Positions 11,603-24,536 are shown, numbered from the stretch's first letter. The stretch: DNA of 64,000 nt from Candidatus Dasytiphilus stammeri (GCA_041945105.1 CP145880.1:378982-442981), one strand, 5' to 3'. Notes: generated by a model not told the origin, from the letters alone. A program made the numbers and translations.

Positions 11603-13577
11603 TTTTAGATGCTCCCTGATTCATTTGTTCAATCCGTTGATTTTCAGTTTGTATGATTTCACTTATAGGAACATAATAATGAGTATTATCATCACAACTC
11701 TTCATAATCCAAGATATCATTATAGCCAAAAAACTTATTCCAGCTAACCACCATATATACCAAACCATGGCAAAACCAAAAAGTGCACTAAAAGTAGCAA
11801 TCACAATTCCTGTGCTACTATTTTGTGGCATATGGATTTCTTTATAATCGTTTGATTGGTATTTATGTTTATGTTTAATATCCCAAAATGCGTCACGTTC
11901 TTCTACTTCTGGTATTACAGCAAAATTATAAAAAGGAGGAGGTGAAGATGTTGACCATTCTAGAGTACGTCCATCCCAAGGATCACCAGAAAAATCCCGA
12001 TTTTTATTACGATCAATAATAGAAGTATATATTTGTATTAAAAAACAGACGATGCCAAGTGCAATAATTAGAGTTCCAAAAGCAGCAACCACTAACAAAA
12101 AATGAAATTGCGGATCAATATTTTGACTCAGACGACGTGTCATTCCCATTAATCCTAGTATATACAACGGCATAAAAGCAAAGAAAAAACCAATAAACCA
12201 AAAGAAAAAGGAACGTTTACCCCACTTTTCATTTAAGAGAAATCCAAAAGCTTTAGGAAACCAGTAATTTAATCCAGCAAAACATCCAAAAACTACCCCA
12301 CCGATAATGACACTATGAAAATGTGCTATTAAAAAAAGACTGTTATGTAGTACAAAATCTGCTCCCGGGATAGCTAATAATACTCCTGCCATTCCTCCAA
12401 TGGAAAATATTATAATAAAACCTATTGTCCAAAGCATAGGAGAAGTTAACTGAACACGTCCTTCATACATAGTGAATAGCCAGTTAAAGATTTTTACCCC
12501 GGTTGGAATAGCAATAATCATTGTGCTAATTCCAAAAAACGCATTCACATTTGATCCTGCTCCCATGGTATAAAAATGGTGTAACCATACAATAAATGAA
12601 AGTATGGTTATAACAATAGTTGCCCAAACAAGGGATGTATAACCGAAAAGCCTTTTTTTAGAAAAAGTTGCTACTATCTCTGAATAAATACCAAATACAG
12701 GCAATACTAAGATGTATACTTCCGGATGCCCCCATGCCCAAATAAGATTTATATACATCATCATATTACCACCCATATCGTTTGTAAAAAAATGGGTATT
12801 TAAGTAACGATCTATGCTGAGCAAGCCAATAGTTACAGTTAATATGGGAAATGCCATAATAATTAATATGTTAGAACACAAAGCAGTCCAGGTGAATACT
12901 GGCATTTTAAATAAAGTCATACCCGGAGCTCGCATTTTAAGAATAGTAACTAAAAAATTAATCCCAGTTAGCATAGTACCAATTCCAGAAATTTGTAAAC
13001 TCCAAATCCAATAATCAACTCCTACACCTGGACTATACTCAATGCCAGAAAGTGGTGGATAAGCTACCCATCCTACTTGAGCAAATTCTCCTATTCCTAA
13101 TGAAAGATTTACTAAAAGTGCCCCAGCAACGGTAAGCCAAAAACTTAAATTATTAAGAAAAGGAAAAGCAACATCACGTGCACCAATTTGTAAAGGTACT
13201 ATAAAGTTCATTAGACCAATAATTAACGGTGTTGCTACAAAAAAAATCATAATGACACCATGAGCTGTAAATATTTGATCATAGTGGTAAGGGGGTAAAA
13301 ATCCTGGGTGTCCGGCTGATGCTATCGCCTGCTGACTACGCATCATAATAGCATCAGTAAAACCTCGAATCATCATAACTAATCCAAGAATTATGTACAT
13401 AATTCCTAATCTTTTATGATCTACTGAAGTTAACCACTCATTCCATAAATATGTCCATTTTCCCATATATGTTATGGTAGTTAGGATAATCAATCCAATA
13501 ATGATAATACTAACCAGAGTGCCTATAATAATAGGTTCATTGTATGGGATAGCATTGATGGTTAATTTTCCAAACAT
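11586..13577 (-). CDS. cyoB: Cytochrome bo3 ubiquinol oxidase subunit I
   Basis: 663 aa. Heme-copper oxidase motifs [11 protein letters not shown] and HFHSVIIGG are present, and the length is as in E. coli CyoB. Confidence 0.95.
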   Translation of the reverse strand: MFGKLTINAIPYNEPIIIGTLVSIIIIGLIILTTITYMGKWTYLWNEWLTSVDHKRLGIMYIILGLVMMIRGFTDAIMMRSQQAIASAGHPGFLPPYHYDQIFTAHGVIMIFFVATPLIIGLMNFIVPLQIGARDVAFPFLNNLSFWLTVAGALLVNLSLGIGEFAQVGWVAYPPLSGIEYSPGVGVDYWIWSLQISGIGTMLTGINFLVTILKMRAPGMTLFKMPVFTWTALCSNILIIMAFPILTVTIGLLSIDRYLNTHFFTNDMGGNMMMYINLIWAWGHPEVYILVLPVFGIYSEIVATFSKKRLFGYTSLVWATIVITILSFIVWLHHFYTMGAGSNVNAFFGISTMIIAIPTGVKIFNWLFTMYEGRVQLTSPMLWTIGFIIIFSIGGMAGVLLAIPGADFVLHNSLFLIAHFHSVIIGGVVFGCFAGLNYWFPKAFGFLLNEKWGKRSFFFWFIGFFFAFMPLYILGLMGMTRRLSQNIDPQFHFLLVVAAFGTLIIALGIVCFLIQIYTSIIDRNKNRDFSGDPWDGRTLEWSTSSPPPFYNFAVIPEVEERDAFWDIKHKHKYQSNDYKEIHMPQNSSTGIVIATFSALFGFAMVWYIWWLAGISFLAIMISWIMKSCDDNTHYYVPISEIIQTENQRIEQMNQGASKNVNQN

Positions 13578-13615
13578 ATAAATTAATTCCTTAAGTATAT
13601 TATCTTACAATCTCA

Positions 13616-14521
13616 TCATGATGATCTAATAACTACCAGCGGTTTAGGTTGAAAATGTGATGAGGCAGAAGCGCTAGATTTAAATTTATTTATAACCTGG
13701 TTAAATAAATTTGGCTTGATGTTAGAGAAAAATTCTACGTGATGGTTTATAGTAGGTACTGCTAGCTCTTCTAAAGACTTCATATTCAAGGTAGCGTGAG
13801 CATTTTTGGCTTTAGCTATCCAATTATAAAAAGATGCTACATCGGGTGTTGCAATAGCTGTAAATTTCATATCAGAAAAACCCTTACCACTATATGCAGA
13901 GGATATACCTTGATAAGTACCTGGTTTATTTGCCATTAGATTTAGTTTGGTTTGCATTCCAGCCATAGCATATATTTGACTTCCTAAAGAAGGAATAAAA
14001 AAAGAATTCATAACCGAATAAGAGGTAATTTTAAATTCAATTGGGGTTTTAATTGGAAAAGCTATTTGGTTTACTGATGCTACTCCTTGTTCTGGATAAA
14101 TAAATAACCATTTCCAATCCATTGATACTACTTCAATCTTTAAAGGAGGAATAGGAGAAATTAGAGGTTTTTTTGGGTCTAAAGAAATAGAACTTCTCCA
14201 CGTGATAATTCCAAGAAAAATAATAATTAAAATAGGAATCAGCCAAACTATAGCCTCAATTTGATACGAATGAGACCAATTAGGACTATATTTAGCCTTA
14301 ATATTAGTATGTCGGTATTTAAATGGAAATACAATAGCCATTATTATAGTAGGAATTACAACTAATAACATTAAACCTAGCGCTGTTAATATTAGTGCAC
14401 GTTGCTCTAAACCAATTTTTCCTTTAGGATTTAATAAAACCATGTCACAACTGTTTAATAATATGATTATAGTAAATAAATATAATCTCCTAAAAAATTT
14501 TTTAAATTTATTTTGCTCCAT
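13616..14521 (-). CDS. cyoA: Cytochrome bo3 ubiquinol oxidase subunit II (lipoprotein)
   Basis: LLNSC lipobox. [25 protein letters not shown] and [11 protein letters not shown] align with E. coli CyoA. Confidence 0.9.
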   Translation of the reverse strand: MEQNKFKKFFRRLYLFTIIILLNSCDMVLLNPKGKIGLEQRALILTALGLMLLVVIPTIIMAIVFPFKYRHTNIKAKYSPNWSHSYQIEAIVWLIPILIIIFLGIITWRSSISLDPKKPLISPIPPLKIEVVSMDWKWLFIYPEQGVASVNQIAFPIKTPIEFKITSYSVMNSFFIPSLGSQIYAMAGMQTKLNLMANKPGTYQGISSAYSGKGFSDMKFTAIATPDVASFYNWIAKAKNAHATLNMKSLEELAVPTINHHVEFFSNIKPNLFNQVINKFKSSASASSHFQPKPLVVIRSS

Positions 14522-14781
14522 TTAATCCCTCTACTTGCCTGCAAATCTTCTTTTCTATTGTAATAGAAGGTACTAAAACTGTAAATACAGTTAGTTAATT
14601 TCTAATAATAATCACTATTTAAAAATTCATTATCGACTCATAAGAGAGAGTTATGTTATTAATGTAGGTATTATTATACCTGATTATTTATTGTAAATAT
14701 TATAATGGTTTTATCTTTTTCTATAACATAAACAACTAACTCACTAAATAAAATCTGTAAATTTTTGAGGTAAGAAGATAG

Positions 14782-16023
14782 ATGCAAGTTTCAGTAGAAA
14801 AAACTAATAATCTTGGGCGTAGGATAACAATTACTATTCCTTCGCAGGAGATTAAAAATCTGGTTCAAACCAAATTAATCCAGGTTTCTCAACAAGTTCG
14901 TCTGGATGGATTTCGTCAAGGTAAAGTGCCCTTGGAAATATTATCCCAACGTTATGGTATGTCTATACTTCATGAGGTCTTAACTGATCTTATGCAAGAA
15001 AAATTCATTACAATAATGAATAAAAAACAACTGGTTCCAGTTGGAAAAGTAAACTACATTCCCTGGAAATATAAAAAAGGTTCTGATTTTACCTATGTAA
15101 TAGAATTTGACATTTATCCGGAAATTAAATTGAAAGAATTTAATTTGATTCAAGTTAAAAAAACCATAGTTGAAGTAACTCAAAAAGATGTAGATAATAT
15201 GCTTGTTGAGCTTTGTAGACAACAAGGAATTTGGAACAATGTTACTCGTCCAGTAAAAATTTGGGATCGTGTAACTATAGAATTAATAAATTTGGAACAC
15301 GATGAAATTAATAAAAGTAACGAACTAATTTTAATTATAGAACCGGAATCTATGAATTTTGACTTGGACAAAAAAATTATTGGTCATAACATTGGGGATA
15401 ACTTTATAGTTGAATTAACTTTTCCTGATGAAGAAACAAAAAAAAATACAATTACTAAATTGAGAATTATTTTGAAAAAAGTAGAAGAATGTAAAGTACC
15501 AGAAATCAATGAAGAATTGATTAAACATTTAGGAGTACCTGAATCGGAAGGATCTATAGTAAAATTACGTCATGAGATACGAAAAACTATGCAACGAGAA
15601 ATTAAGAATACAGTTCGTCATTTTATCAAATTACAGATATTTCATCAATTGTTAACGAATAATCCAATTGAAGTTCCTATTTCACTCTTAGAAACCGAAT
15701 TGAAAAATTTATTTCAACTATCTGGTATTAAAAAATTATTTCCACGTAGTATTTTAGAAAAACAAGCCAAGAACCGTGTGACTTTATGCTTATTATTAAA
15801 TGAAGTAATCCGTATTAATCAACTGAAAGTAGAAGAACGACGTATTCAATCATTAAGCAAATCTTTTCGTAAAAATCCTGAAACGATGAAAAGTCTTCAT
15901 AATTTATTATTAGAAGATATGGTAGTAGAACTAATTATGAATCAGTGCGTAATTACTGAAGAAAAAATCCCCTTTCAGGATTTAAGAAAAATGATAGTAA
16001 AATATGAACAAGGTTTAATTTAA
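14782..16023 (+). CDS. tig: Trigger factor
   Basis: MQVSVEKTNNLGRRITITIP matches the E. coli Tig N-terminus. GFRQGKVP ribosome-binding motif. It sits upstream of clpPX-lon. Confidence 0.9.
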   Translation: MQVSVEKTNNLGRRITITIPSQEIKNLVQTKLIQVSQQVRLDGFRQGKVPLEILSQRYGMSILHEVLTDLMQEKFITIMNKKQLVPVGKVNYIPWKYKKGSDFTYVIEFDIYPEIKLKEFNLIQVKKTIVEVTQKDVDNMLVELCRQQGIWNNVTRPVKIWDRVTIELINLEHDEINKSNELILIIEPESMNFDLDKKIIGHNIGDNFIVELTFPDEETKKNTITKLRIILKKVEECKVPEINEELIKHLGVPESEGSIVKLRHEIRKTMQREIKNTVRHFIKLQIFHQLLTNNPIEVPISLLETELKNLFQLSGIKKLFPRSILEKQAKNRVTLCLLLNEVIRINQLKVEERRIQSLSKSFRKNPETMKSLHNLLLEDMVVELIMNQCVITEEKIPFQDLRKMIVKYEQGLI

Positions 16024-16066
16024 TTGGTTTTAGTAATTAGTAACTACTCTAAAGGGAGATAAAAAC

Positions 16067-16699
16067 ATGTCATATAAAACAAGCTCCGGTGGAGAACCCG
16101 AAATAGTATCAAAGATGATGTTTGTACCAATGGTTATTGAACAGAACTCTCGAGGTGAGCGAGCATATGACATATATTCTCGTCTCCTTAAAGAGCGCAT
16201 AATTTTTTTGACAGGTCATGTTGAAGACTATACAGCCAATTTAATCGTCGCACAATTATTATTTTTAGAAGCGGAAAATCCTGAGGAAGACATATATTTG
16301 TATATTAACTCACCCGGAGGAATTATTACTGCAGGCATGTCAATTTATGATACCATGCACTTTATTAAACCAGATATTAGTACTATCTGTATAGGATTAG
16401 CAGCATCTATGGGTGCATTTTTACTTACAGCCGGTGCTAAAGGTAAACGATTTTGTTTACCTAATTCGCGTGTGATGATTCATCAACCACTAGGTGCCTA
16501 TCGTGGACAAGCCACGGATATAGAAATACATACTCGCGAAATTTTAAGAATAAAGAATCGAATGAATCAGCTGATGGCTCATCATACTGCACAACCCCTG
16601 GAAGTAATAGAAAAAGATACAGAAAGAGACTATTTTCTATCTGCTAATGAAGCAGTAGAATATGGTTTAGTTGATTCGATACTTGCTAATCGAGAGTAA
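16067..16699 (+). CDS. clpP: ATP-dependent Clp protease proteolytic subunit
   Basis: [29 protein letters not shown]. The catalytic Ser lies in GLAASMGAF and the catalytic His in MIHQPLG. Confidence 0.95.
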   Translation: MSYKTSSGGEPEIVSKMMFVPMVIEQNSRGERAYDIYSRLLKERIIFLTGHVEDYTANLIVAQLLFLEAENPEEDIYLYINSPGGIITAGMSIYDTMHFIKPDISTICIGLAASMGAFLLTAGAKGKRFCLPNSRVMIHQPLGAYRGQATDIEIHTREILRIKNRMNQLMAHHTAQPLEVIEKDTERDYFLSANEAVEYGLVDSILANRE

Positions 16700-16753
16700 T
16701 AATACTCTTTAAGTAAGGAATAATTGCTGATTCAAAAGTAAAGAGGTTCACTA

Positions 16754-18025
16754 ATGATAGATCATCGCACAGACAGAAACGGTTCAGAAATGTACTACTG
16801 TATTTTTTGTGGAAAAAGCCAATATCAAGTAAGTAAAATAGTATCCGGAAATTCTCTAAGTATTTGCGATCAATGTGTTAAGGTATGTAACGAGATACTT
16901 TTCAAAGAAATCAACGAAGAAACAACGCATAATGAAATAAAAAAATTATTACCAACTCCACATAAAATTCGTAAGCATCTGGATTCTTATGTCATCGGTC
17001 ATGAAAAAACTAAAAAAGTGCTAGCAGTTGCTGTATATAATCACTATAAACGTTTATGGATTCCTGATGACATTGAATTGGGAAAAAGTAATATATTATT
17101 AATTGGTCCTACAGGAAGTGGAAAAACGCTTTTAGCTGAAACACTTGCACGAATATTGCACGTTCCATTTGCTATTGCAGATGCAACTACTTTAACTGAA
17201 GCAGGGTATGTAGGTGAGGATGTTGAGAATGTAATCCAAAGATTATTACAAAAATGTAATTATGATGTTAAACAGGCACAACGTGGTATTATTTATATTG
17301 ATGAAATTGATAAAATTTCCAGAAAATCCGATAATCCATCTATTACTAGAGACGTCTCTGGAGAAGGGGTGCAACAAGCTCTATTAAAATTAATAGAGGG
17401 TACCGTGGCTGCTGTACCACCACAAGGTGGACGTAAACATCCGCAACAGCAATTTTTGCAAGTTAATACTTCTAATATTCTGTTTATCTGTGGTGGGGCA
17501 TTTACAGGTTTAGAAAAAATGATTGCTAGACGTGTTGAAGCCAGTTCAAGCTCGGGAATTGGTTTTGGAGCGATAATCAAAAAATCTGCTGAAAAATTAT
17601 CTGAAAATGAGTTATTAGAACAAGTAGAACCAGAAGACTTAATCAAGTTTGGACTAATTCCCGAATTTATTGGTCGTCTTCCTGTAGTTACTACTCTAAC
17701 CGAATTAAATGAGGAATCTCTAATTAAGATCTTAAAGGAACCTAAAAATGCACTTACTAAACAATATCAAGCATTGTTAAATATAGAAGGTGTAATTTTA
17801 GAATTTAGTGATGAAGCTTTAGCATCTATTGCCCAAAAAGCTATATTACGTAAAACGGGAGCGCGGGGGTTACGTTCTATTATTGAAAACGTCTTACTTC
17901 ATACCATGTATGATTTACCATCCATGACAAATATTGAGAAAATTGTGATTGATAAATCAGTGGTTGAGGGACAAACTGTTCCTATACTTGTTTATAAAAA
18001 ACAGCAACAAGCCTCTGGCGAGTAA
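16754..18025 (+). CDS. clpX: ATP-dependent Clp protease ATP-binding subunit
   Basis: Zinc finger CIFCGK..CDQC. Walker A is GPTGSGKT and Walker B is IIYIDEIDK. Confidence 0.95.
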   Translation: MIDHRTDRNGSEMYYCIFCGKSQYQVSKIVSGNSLSICDQCVKVCNEILFKEINEETTHNEIKKLLPTPHKIRKHLDSYVIGHEKTKKVLAVAVYNHYKRLWIPDDIELGKSNILLIGPTGSGKTLLAETLARILHVPFAIADATTLTEAGYVGEDVENVIQRLLQKCNYDVKQAQRGIIYIDEIDKISRKSDNPSITRDVSGEGVQQALLKLIEGTVAAVPPQGGRKHPQQQFLQVNTSNILFICGGAFTGLEKMIARRVEASSSSGIGFGAIIKKSAEKLSENELLEQVEPEDLIKFGLIPEFIGRLPVVTTLTELNEESLIKILKEPKNALTKQYQALLNIEGVILEFSDEALASIAQKAILRKTGARGLRSIIENVLLHTMYDLPSMTNIEKIVIDKSVVEGQTVPILVYKKQQQASGE

Positions 18026-18168
18026 ATCTTCTTTAGATAGAATCAATTGTATTTATTTTTTCATCACCTAAGGAGTACAATAGAGATGAATTATATATAT
18101 ACAAGGTATATATACTTCAGGAATCAATAACATCCTAGCGGCAAAATCAACTAAGAGAGAGCTATATT

Positions 18169-20526
18169 ATGAACCGTAAGTATTCGGAACGCATTATAAT
18201 AATCCCTGTGTTACCGCTGCGTAATGTTGTAGTTTATCCGCATATGGTGATTCCATTATTCATTGCTCGTCAACAATCCATTAAGTGTCTTGAAGTAGCA
18301 ATGAATCAAGGTAAAAAAATTATGTTAGTAACACAAAAAGAATTATTTAGAGATGAACCTGAAAATGAAGAGATCTTTAGGATTGGAACCGTTGCCTCAA
18401 TTCTGCACGTCTTAAACCTCTCAGATGGTACCAGAAAACTTCTAGTTAAAGGATTGAAAAGAGCGCGCATTACTGAGTTTAGTGATGATGGTGAAGAACC
18501 TTTGATGGCGAAAATCCAATATGTTCTTTCTCCAAGAACTAATAAGCGAAAACAAGAATTATTGAGGCGTGTTACTCTTAATCAATTTGAAGAATATCTT
18601 CAATTGTATAAAAAAATTCCTTTTGAAATTTTAACAGTATTAGAGAATATTCACAATGCTGCACATCTTGGGGATATAGTAGCTGCTCATATACCTCTAA
18701 AAATTCCTGATAAACAGTCCTTACTAGAAATAGCCAATGTTAATGAACGACTAGAAGGGTTAATAGGAATGCTGAAAGTAGAAATGGACTTATTACGGCT
18801 AGAGGAAAGCATACACCATCGTGTAAAAAAACAAATGGAAAAAAGTCAGCGAGAATATTATCTACATGAGCAAATAAAAGCCATTAAAAAAGAGTTAGGC
18901 GAAGTAGATGAAGAATCCGCTCCTAATGAGAATGATGATAATGACGTTTTAAAAAGAAAAATACTAGATGCTAAAATGCCTCTAGAAGCACGCAAAAAAA
19001 CTGAATCTGAACTACAAAGATTACAAATGATGTCTCCAATGTCCTCGGAAGCAACAGTTATACGTAATTATCTTGAGTGGATGTTTCAAGTTCCTTGGTA
19101 TGCTCGGACTAAAATCCAAAAAAATCTTCCGAAGGCCAAGGAAAGATTGGATAATGATCATTTTGGTTTGGAAAATGTAAAAGAAAGAATTCTTGAGTAT
19201 CTAGCGGTTCAAAATCGTAGAAGTAAAAATAAAGGTCCTATCCTTTGTCTTGTAGGTCCTCCTGGAGTAGGGAAAACATCTCTCGCAAAATCGATATCAA
19301 AAGCTACGGGACGTAAATATGTTCGTATGGCCTTGGGTGGAATACGTGATGAAGCAGAAATCAGAGGACATCGTCGTACCTATATTGGTTCAATGCCAGG
19401 TAAATTAATTCAGAAAATGGCTAGAATAGGTGTAAAAAATCCATTATTTTTACTAGACGAAATAGATAAAATGTCATCGGATTTTCGAGGAGATCCTGCG
19501 GCTGCTTTACTAGAAGTTTTAGATCCGGAACAAAATCATGCATTTAATGATCATTATTTAGAAGTAGATTATGATTTATCCGATGTAATGTTTATTGCTA
19601 CTTCTAATTCTATGAAGATTCCTCATCCTCTATTAGATCGTATGGAAGTTATTCGGATTCCTGGATATACCGAAGACGAAAAGTTAAATATCGCTAATCG
19701 TTATTTACTACCAAAACAGATCAAGCGGAATGCCTTAAAAAGAAATGAAATTGTTGTAGATGAAGAAGCTATTTTAGATATTATTCGTTTCTATACTTTC
19801 GAAGCAGGAGTACGTAATCTTGAACGAGAATTGGCCAAATTATGTCGTAAGGTTGTAAAAATTATCCTTATGGATACGACCATAAAATCTATAGAAGTAA
19901 AAAAAGATAACCTTGAATATTATTTAGGTATTCAACGTTTAGAGTATGGTAAAGCGTTGAGTCAAAATAGTATTGGTCAAGTTTCTGGTCTGGCTTGGAC
20001 AGAAAATGGAGGAGAAGTATTAAGAATTGAAAGTTCTTGTCTTCCAGGAAAAGGAAAATTCTATTATACCGGTTCATTAGGAGAAGTAATGCGAGAATCT
20101 ATCCAAGCCGCTATAACAGTAGTAAGAACCTTAGCGAATAAGCTGGGTATTAAGCATAATTTTCATGAAACCAATGATATCCATATACATGTTCCTGACG
20201 GTGCCACACCTAAAGATGGACCCAGTGCTGGTATTTCTATGTGTACTGTATTAGTGTCTTGTTTAACAGAAAATCCTGTTCGTGCGGATGTAGCAATGAC
20301 TGGAGAAATTACTTTAACAGGGCAAGTACTACCTATTGGTGGTTTAAAAGAAAAATTATTGGCTGCTCATAGAGGTGGTATAAAAACTGTAGTTATTCCT
20401 TATGGAAATCAACGTGATTTGGAAAATATTCCAGCTAACATTAGAAAGAATTTGAATATTTATCCAGTAAAACAAGTTGAAGAAGTTCTGAAAATTGCAT
20501 TACAAAATAATACGATCAGTCTGTAA
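18169..20526 (+). CDS. lon: Lon protease
   Basis: 785 aa. Walker A GPPGVGKTS and the proteolytic Ser motif DGPSAGI. It follows clpX as in E. coli. Confidence 0.95.
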   Translation: MNRKYSERIIIIPVLPLRNVVVYPHMVIPLFIARQQSIKCLEVAMNQGKKIMLVTQKELFRDEPENEEIFRIGTVASILHVLNLSDGTRKLLVKGLKRARITEFSDDGEEPLMAKIQYVLSPRTNKRKQELLRRVTLNQFEEYLQLYKKIPFEILTVLENIHNAAHLGDIVAAHIPLKIPDKQSLLEIANVNERLEGLIGMLKVEMDLLRLEESIHHRVKKQMEKSQREYYLHEQIKAIKKELGEVDEESAPNENDDNDVLKRKILDAKMPLEARKKTESELQRLQMMSPMSSEATVIRNYLEWMFQVPWYARTKIQKNLPKAKERLDNDHFGLENVKERILEYLAVQNRRSKNKGPILCLVGPPGVGKTSLAKSISKATGRKYVRMALGGIRDEAEIRGHRRTYIGSMPGKLIQKMARIGVKNPLFLLDEIDKMSSDFRGDPAAALLEVLDPEQNHAFNDHYLEVDYDLSDVMFIATSNSMKIPHPLLDRMEVIRIPGYTEDEKLNIANRYLLPKQIKRNALKRNEIVVDEEAILDIIRFYTFEAGVRNLERELAKLCRKVVKIILMDTTIKSIEVKKDNLEYYLGIQRLEYGKALSQNSIGQVSGLAWTENGGEVLRIESSCLPGKGKFYYTGSLGEVMRESIQAAITVVRTLANKLGIKHNFHETNDIHIHVPDGATPKDGPSAGISMCTVLVSCLTENPVRADVAMTGEITLTGQVLPIGGLKEKLLAAHRGGIKTVVIPYGNQRDLENIPANIRKNLNIYPVKQVEEVLKIALQNNTISL

Positions 20527-20551
20527 AATATTTAAAGGAATACATCCTAAT

Positions 20552-22360
20552 ATGGTAAGAAATCGCATAGTTAATAAAATAATCTTAATTATTATCATAT
20601 TGATGATGGTAATAACAGCAATAGGAAATTACCGAGTTTTTTATCCTAAAAAGGATTATATGATTAGTATCAATGGACAAAAAATTAGTAGATTGCAATT
20701 TGAAGAATCATTTAGATTAGCTAGTCAATTATTAGGTGAAGAATTGCCTAAAATTATTACCAATGAAAAGGCTAGGCAACAATTCCGTAATTTGATTTTA
20801 CAAAATCTAATAGATGAAGTACTACTTCAACAGTATGTAAAAAAAATAGGAATTAATATAAATGATGAACAAATTAAAGCAATTATTTTAAATCAAAGAG
20901 ATTTTATGATCAATGGTAAATTTGACAATGTCAAGTATAGAAAAGTATTAAAAATACTAGGAATAACAGGCAAGCAATATGCGGAATCTTTACGTAAGCA
21001 ATTAGCAGTTCAGGAATTGTTGTCTACCATAGTTAAAACACATTTTTTATTACCAAATGAGGTAAATACATTAACTAAACTAGTTCTTCAAAAACGTTTG
21101 ATCCGTCAAGCCCCAGTGGACATTAACTATATGGCAACCACTCAACCGGTTAGTAAAGATGAGATCAATAATTTTTATCAAAAAAATTTGAAACATTTCA
21201 TCTTACCTGAGCAGGTTAGGATTAATTATTTACAATTAAATGCAAATAAAATTTATAAGCCGTATGTAAGTGAGTTTGAAATCAAGCAATGGTATAATTT
21301 ACATAAATTAGATTACATGGAATTACCTCAATATAAATATCGAATTATTCAACTCAAAAATGAAAACGAAGCCAAATCCTTGTTAAATGAATTAAAAAAT
21401 GGTGCGGATTTTGTGGAACTAGCAAAACAAAAATCTATAGATCCTATTTCTGCACGTATAGGAGGACAAATTGGATGGATCAGAACCGAAGACATACCAG
21501 ATGAGTTAAAAAATATTCATTTACAAAAAATTGGTCAACTTTCAGGTATCATAAAATGCTCCTTTGGATATTTAATCCTACGTCTTGATGGCATCAAAGA
21601 TCAACATCTCATACCATTAAATCAAGTACGTACTTTTATAACTCATAAAATACAGCAACAAAAGATTTTAGATAAATATTCTTCACTTCAAAAAACCATC
21701 CTTAACTCGAGGAGTAGTATTTCGATTAATGAATTGGAACACGTTACCGGAATGAAAACTGAAGAAACGAATTGGTTTAATTTTACAACTATCCCTAATA
21801 ATTTAAAGTTACTAGTACATGCCATTTTTAACAGCAGTAAAATGAATATAAATAGCTTTTTTATACGAATTAGCAGTCAAAATGGTATTTGGATACGTAT
21901 TATTAATCATAGACCAGCTCACTTTAAATCACTAAGTAAGGTGCATAAGAGTATCACTACCTATTTACAGCAGCAAAAAATAGGCAAGCAAGTAAAGAAA
22001 GAATTAGAGAAAATATTGTTGCTTCTTAAGCAAGGAAAAACTGAAGGAGATTTACACTTAAAATTTGGAAAGGCGACAGTTATTACACTTAATAATAATG
22101 ACGGTATTGCTAATACAGGATTTGAGATGATTTCTCCAAAAAATACTCAATCTACTTATGCTATAAGTCAAGATGCTAATAAAGAAAATTTAGTAATAAT
22201 AGCATTAGATAAAATTTGGTATAAAAATGCATCTAACCAACAAATAATGGCAATTTCATCTCACATGATCAAAAATCAAATTAATATGTCTATAGTTGCA
22301 TTATTAAAGGATTTGCGTAAAAACAGCATAATTCAATCGGCTGAATATCAATCACACTGA
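20552..22360 (+). CDS. ppiD: Periplasmic chaperone / peptidyl-prolyl isomerase PpiD
   Basis: The ORF 20495.. overlaps the lon 3' end, so it is trimmed to the Met at 20552 (AAAGGA upstream). N-terminal TM anchor, SurA-like and parvulin-like regions. It follows lon, and hupB is absent. Confidence 0.8.
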   Translation: MVRNRIVNKIILIIIILMMVITAIGNYRVFYPKKDYMISINGQKISRLQFEESFRLASQLLGEELPKIITNEKARQQFRNLILQNLIDEVLLQQYVKKIGININDEQIKAIILNQRDFMINGKFDNVKYRKVLKILGITGKQYAESLRKQLAVQELLSTIVKTHFLLPNEVNTLTKLVLQKRLIRQAPVDINYMATTQPVSKDEINNFYQKNLKHFILPEQVRINYLQLNANKIYKPYVSEFEIKQWYNLHKLDYMELPQYKYRIIQLKNENEAKSLLNELKNGADFVELAKQKSIDPISARIGGQIGWIRTEDIPDELKNIHLQKIGQLSGIIKCSFGYLILRLDGIKDQHLIPLNQVRTFITHKIQQQKILDKYSSLQKTILNSRSSISINELEHVTGMKTEETNWFNFTTIPNNLKLLVHAIFNSSKMNINSFFIRISSQNGIWIRIINHRPAHFKSLSKVHKSITTYLQQQKIGKQVKKELEKILLLLKQGKTEGDLHLKFGKATVITLNNNDGIANTGFEMISPKNTQSTYAISQDANKENLVIIALDKIWYKNASNQQIMAISSHMIKNQINMSIVALLKDLRKNSIIQSAEYQSH

Positions 22361-22415
22361 AGAATATGCTGAGTGAGAATTGATTTAATGATGAATGGAT
22401 AGATAGTGTTGTATA

Positions 22416-23483
22416 TTAAATAATTCCACACTGAGCACGATAGCGTAAGCAATGGTCCATAATGATAATAGCTATCATTGCTTCAGCAATAGGTATAGCT
22501 CGAATACCTACACAAGGATCATGACGACCACGTGTAATAATGTCATCAACTTCATGCCCAAAACGATTAATACTATGTCCAGGAACGAGAATACTAGATG
22601 TAGGTTTCATTGCCAAATTTACAACTATGGGCTGACCACTACTAATTCCTCCCAAAATACCTCCAGCATGATTACTTTTAAAACCATTTGTATAGATTTC
22701 ATCCCGATGTTCACTACCACGTTGAGAAACTACAGCAAAACCATCGCCTATTTCTACTCCTTTAACTGCATTAATACTCATTAACGCATGTGCTAAATCT
22801 GCATCAAGACGATCAAAAACTGGTTCCCCTAAACCTATAGGTAGATTATCAGCAATAATAGTAATTTTTGCTCCAATAGAATCTCCTTCTTTTTTTAATT
22901 GTCGCAATAGTTGGTCCAAAAGAACCAATTTCTCAAGATTAGGACAAAATAAATCATTTTTATTCACTTGTTCCCAGTTGTGAAATTCACAGACAATGTC
23001 TCCTATCTGTGCTAAATAACCTCTAACTTTTATTCCATATAAACTATGAAGATATTTTTTAGCAACAGCTCCTGCTGCTACACGCATAGCAGTTTCACGT
23101 GCTGAAGATCGACCCCCTCCTCGGTAATCTCGCATACCATATTTATTATCATAAGTATAGTCTGCATGACCAGGACGAAAGACTTCTTTAATTGCACTAT
23201 AATCCTGAGAACGATTATCAGTATTTTCTATTAACATTCCAATGCTTGTACCTGTTGTTAAACCTTCAAATACACCTGAAAGTATTTTTATTTTATCTAA
23301 TTCTCGACGCGGACTAGTATAAATTGACTTTCCAGGACGACGACGATCCAAATCATATTGAATATCCTCTTCAGTTAAACTTATTCCAGGAGGAACACCA
23401 TCTATAATACATCCTAGAGCTTTACCATGCGATTCTCCAAATGTTGTCACTCTAAAAATCTGTCCAATACTATTTCCAGCCAT
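22416..23483 (-). CDS. aroC: Chorismate synthase
   Basis: [29 protein letters not shown] and GRHDPCV signatures. Confidence 0.95.
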   Translation of the reverse strand: MAGNSIGQIFRVTTFGESHGKALGCIIDGVPPGISLTEEDIQYDLDRRRPGKSIYTSPRRELDKIKILSGVFEGLTTGTSIGMLIENTDNRSQDYSAIKEVFRPGHADYTYDNKYGMRDYRGGGRSSARETAMRVAAGAVAKKYLHSLYGIKVRGYLAQIGDIVCEFHNWEQVNKNDLFCPNLEKLVLLDQLLRQLKKEGDSIGAKITIIADNLPIGLGEPVFDRLDADLAHALMSINAVKGVEIGDGFAVVSQRGSEHRDEIYTNGFKSNHAGGILGGISSGQPIVVNLAMKPTSSILVPGHSINRFGHEVDDIITRGRHDPCVGIRAIPIAEAMIAIIIMDHCLRYRAQCGII

Positions 23484-23486
23484 GCA

Positions 23487-24407
23487 TTATAGTTCCTTCA
23501 TGTTTTTCATGCTGATGAGATATTTTTGACTTTTAATTAATTGTTTTTTAGTTAACATAAAAACTCCATAACCGCCTCTTTCAAATTCTAGCCAAAGAAA
23601 AGGTATGTGGGGGTATTGTTCTATGAAAAATTTTTGATGATATCCAACTTCACAAATGAGTATACCATTATTATTTAGATAATCTGATGCCTGTAATAAA
23701 ATACGATGTATTATTTCAAGTCCTTCCCTTCCTGCGATTAGACCTAATTTTGGTTCAAAACCATATTCGGGAGGTAAATGCTTTATTTGGTTTTTCCCTA
23801 CGTAAGGGGGATTAGAAATAATAAGATCGTATTTTTTATGATTAATCTCCTTAAATAAATCTGAACATAAAGGAGTAACAATTTTTTTAAGATTATGAAA
23901 AGCAATATTATGTTCAGTAACAGTTAAAACCTCTCGAGAAATATCCGAAGCATGGATAATTGCATTAGGAAAAACATAACTACAGGCTATAGCTATACAA
24001 CCGCTTCCAGTGCCTATATCAAGTATATATTTGATTTCTTTCGTAGTAAGAAGCGAGAAAAATTTTTTGTCTATTAATTCACTAATAGGCGATCGTGGAA
24101 TTAATACTCTTTCATCAATATAAAATTCATAATTACAAAACCAAGCTCTATTAGTAATATAAGCTACTGGTATTCGTTCTTTAATACGACGCATAACTCT
24201 ATCAATAATATGTTGACGTTGCAGATAAGTAATTTGCTTTAAATAAAGATTTTGAGGTAATGTTAATGGCAAACCTAGGGTTGGTAATACTAATCGTATG
24301 GCTTCATCCCAAGGATTATCTGTTCCATGACCATAATATATCTCGTTTTCAGAAAACATTCTTATAGTCCAATCTAATATATCTTGGATAGATTGTAATT
24401 GGATCAT
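23487..24407 (-). CDS. prmB: Ribosomal protein L3 glutamine N5-methyltransferase
   Basis: SAM motif LDIGTGSGCIA and NPPY catalytic motif (ISNPPYV). Adjacent to aroC as in E. coli (yfcB). Confidence 0.85.
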   Translation of the reverse strand: MIQLQSIQDILDWTIRMFSENEIYYGHGTDNPWDEAIRLVLPTLGLPLTLPQNLYLKQITYLQRQHIIDRVMRRIKERIPVAYITNRAWFCNYEFYIDERVLIPRSPISELIDKKFFSLLTTKEIKYILDIGTGSGCIAIACSYVFPNAIIHASDISREVLTVTEHNIAFHNLKKIVTPLCSDLFKEINHKKYDLIISNPPYVGKNQIKHLPPEYGFEPKLGLIAGREGLEIIHRILLQASDYLNNNGILICEVGYHQKFFIEQYPHIPFLWLEFERGGYGVFMLTKKQLIKSQKYLISMKNMKEL

Positions 24408-24536
24408 GATTTTATTAGGGACAATAGCATTTGGTTTTATCCATAAAATAAATATAAATAACTCACTACTAATTTTAATATATAATAGTAAAGTGATCTT
24501 TTAGATTTGAAAAATATGAATTTCAAATCTAATTGG

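Noticed and set aside
17293-17646. Antisense ORFs nested inside long genes. Besides this one they include 1016-1216, 3626-3943, 4968-5156, 6041-6232, 7271-7453, 7999-8235, 12814-13014, 14980-15371, 19889-20077, 22452-22784, 28480-28713, 29324-29560, 33928-34206, 36432-36632, 41465-42033, 45708-46013, 48307-48555, 56770-58038, 59286-59468, 61611-61814, 62533-62715 and 63298-63657.
   Set aside because: Each lies opposite a confidently identified conserved gene. They have low-complexity or odd composition, no recognisable motifs and no ribosome-binding context.
18115-18140. Sigma32 heat-shock promoter upstream of lon
   Set aside because: CTTCAGG..(spacer)..AACATCCTAGCG loosely resembles the E. 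coli lon promoter (..GTTGAAT..AACATCCCCATAT). Both hexamers are degenerate, so I cannot distinguish this from chance without comparative data.
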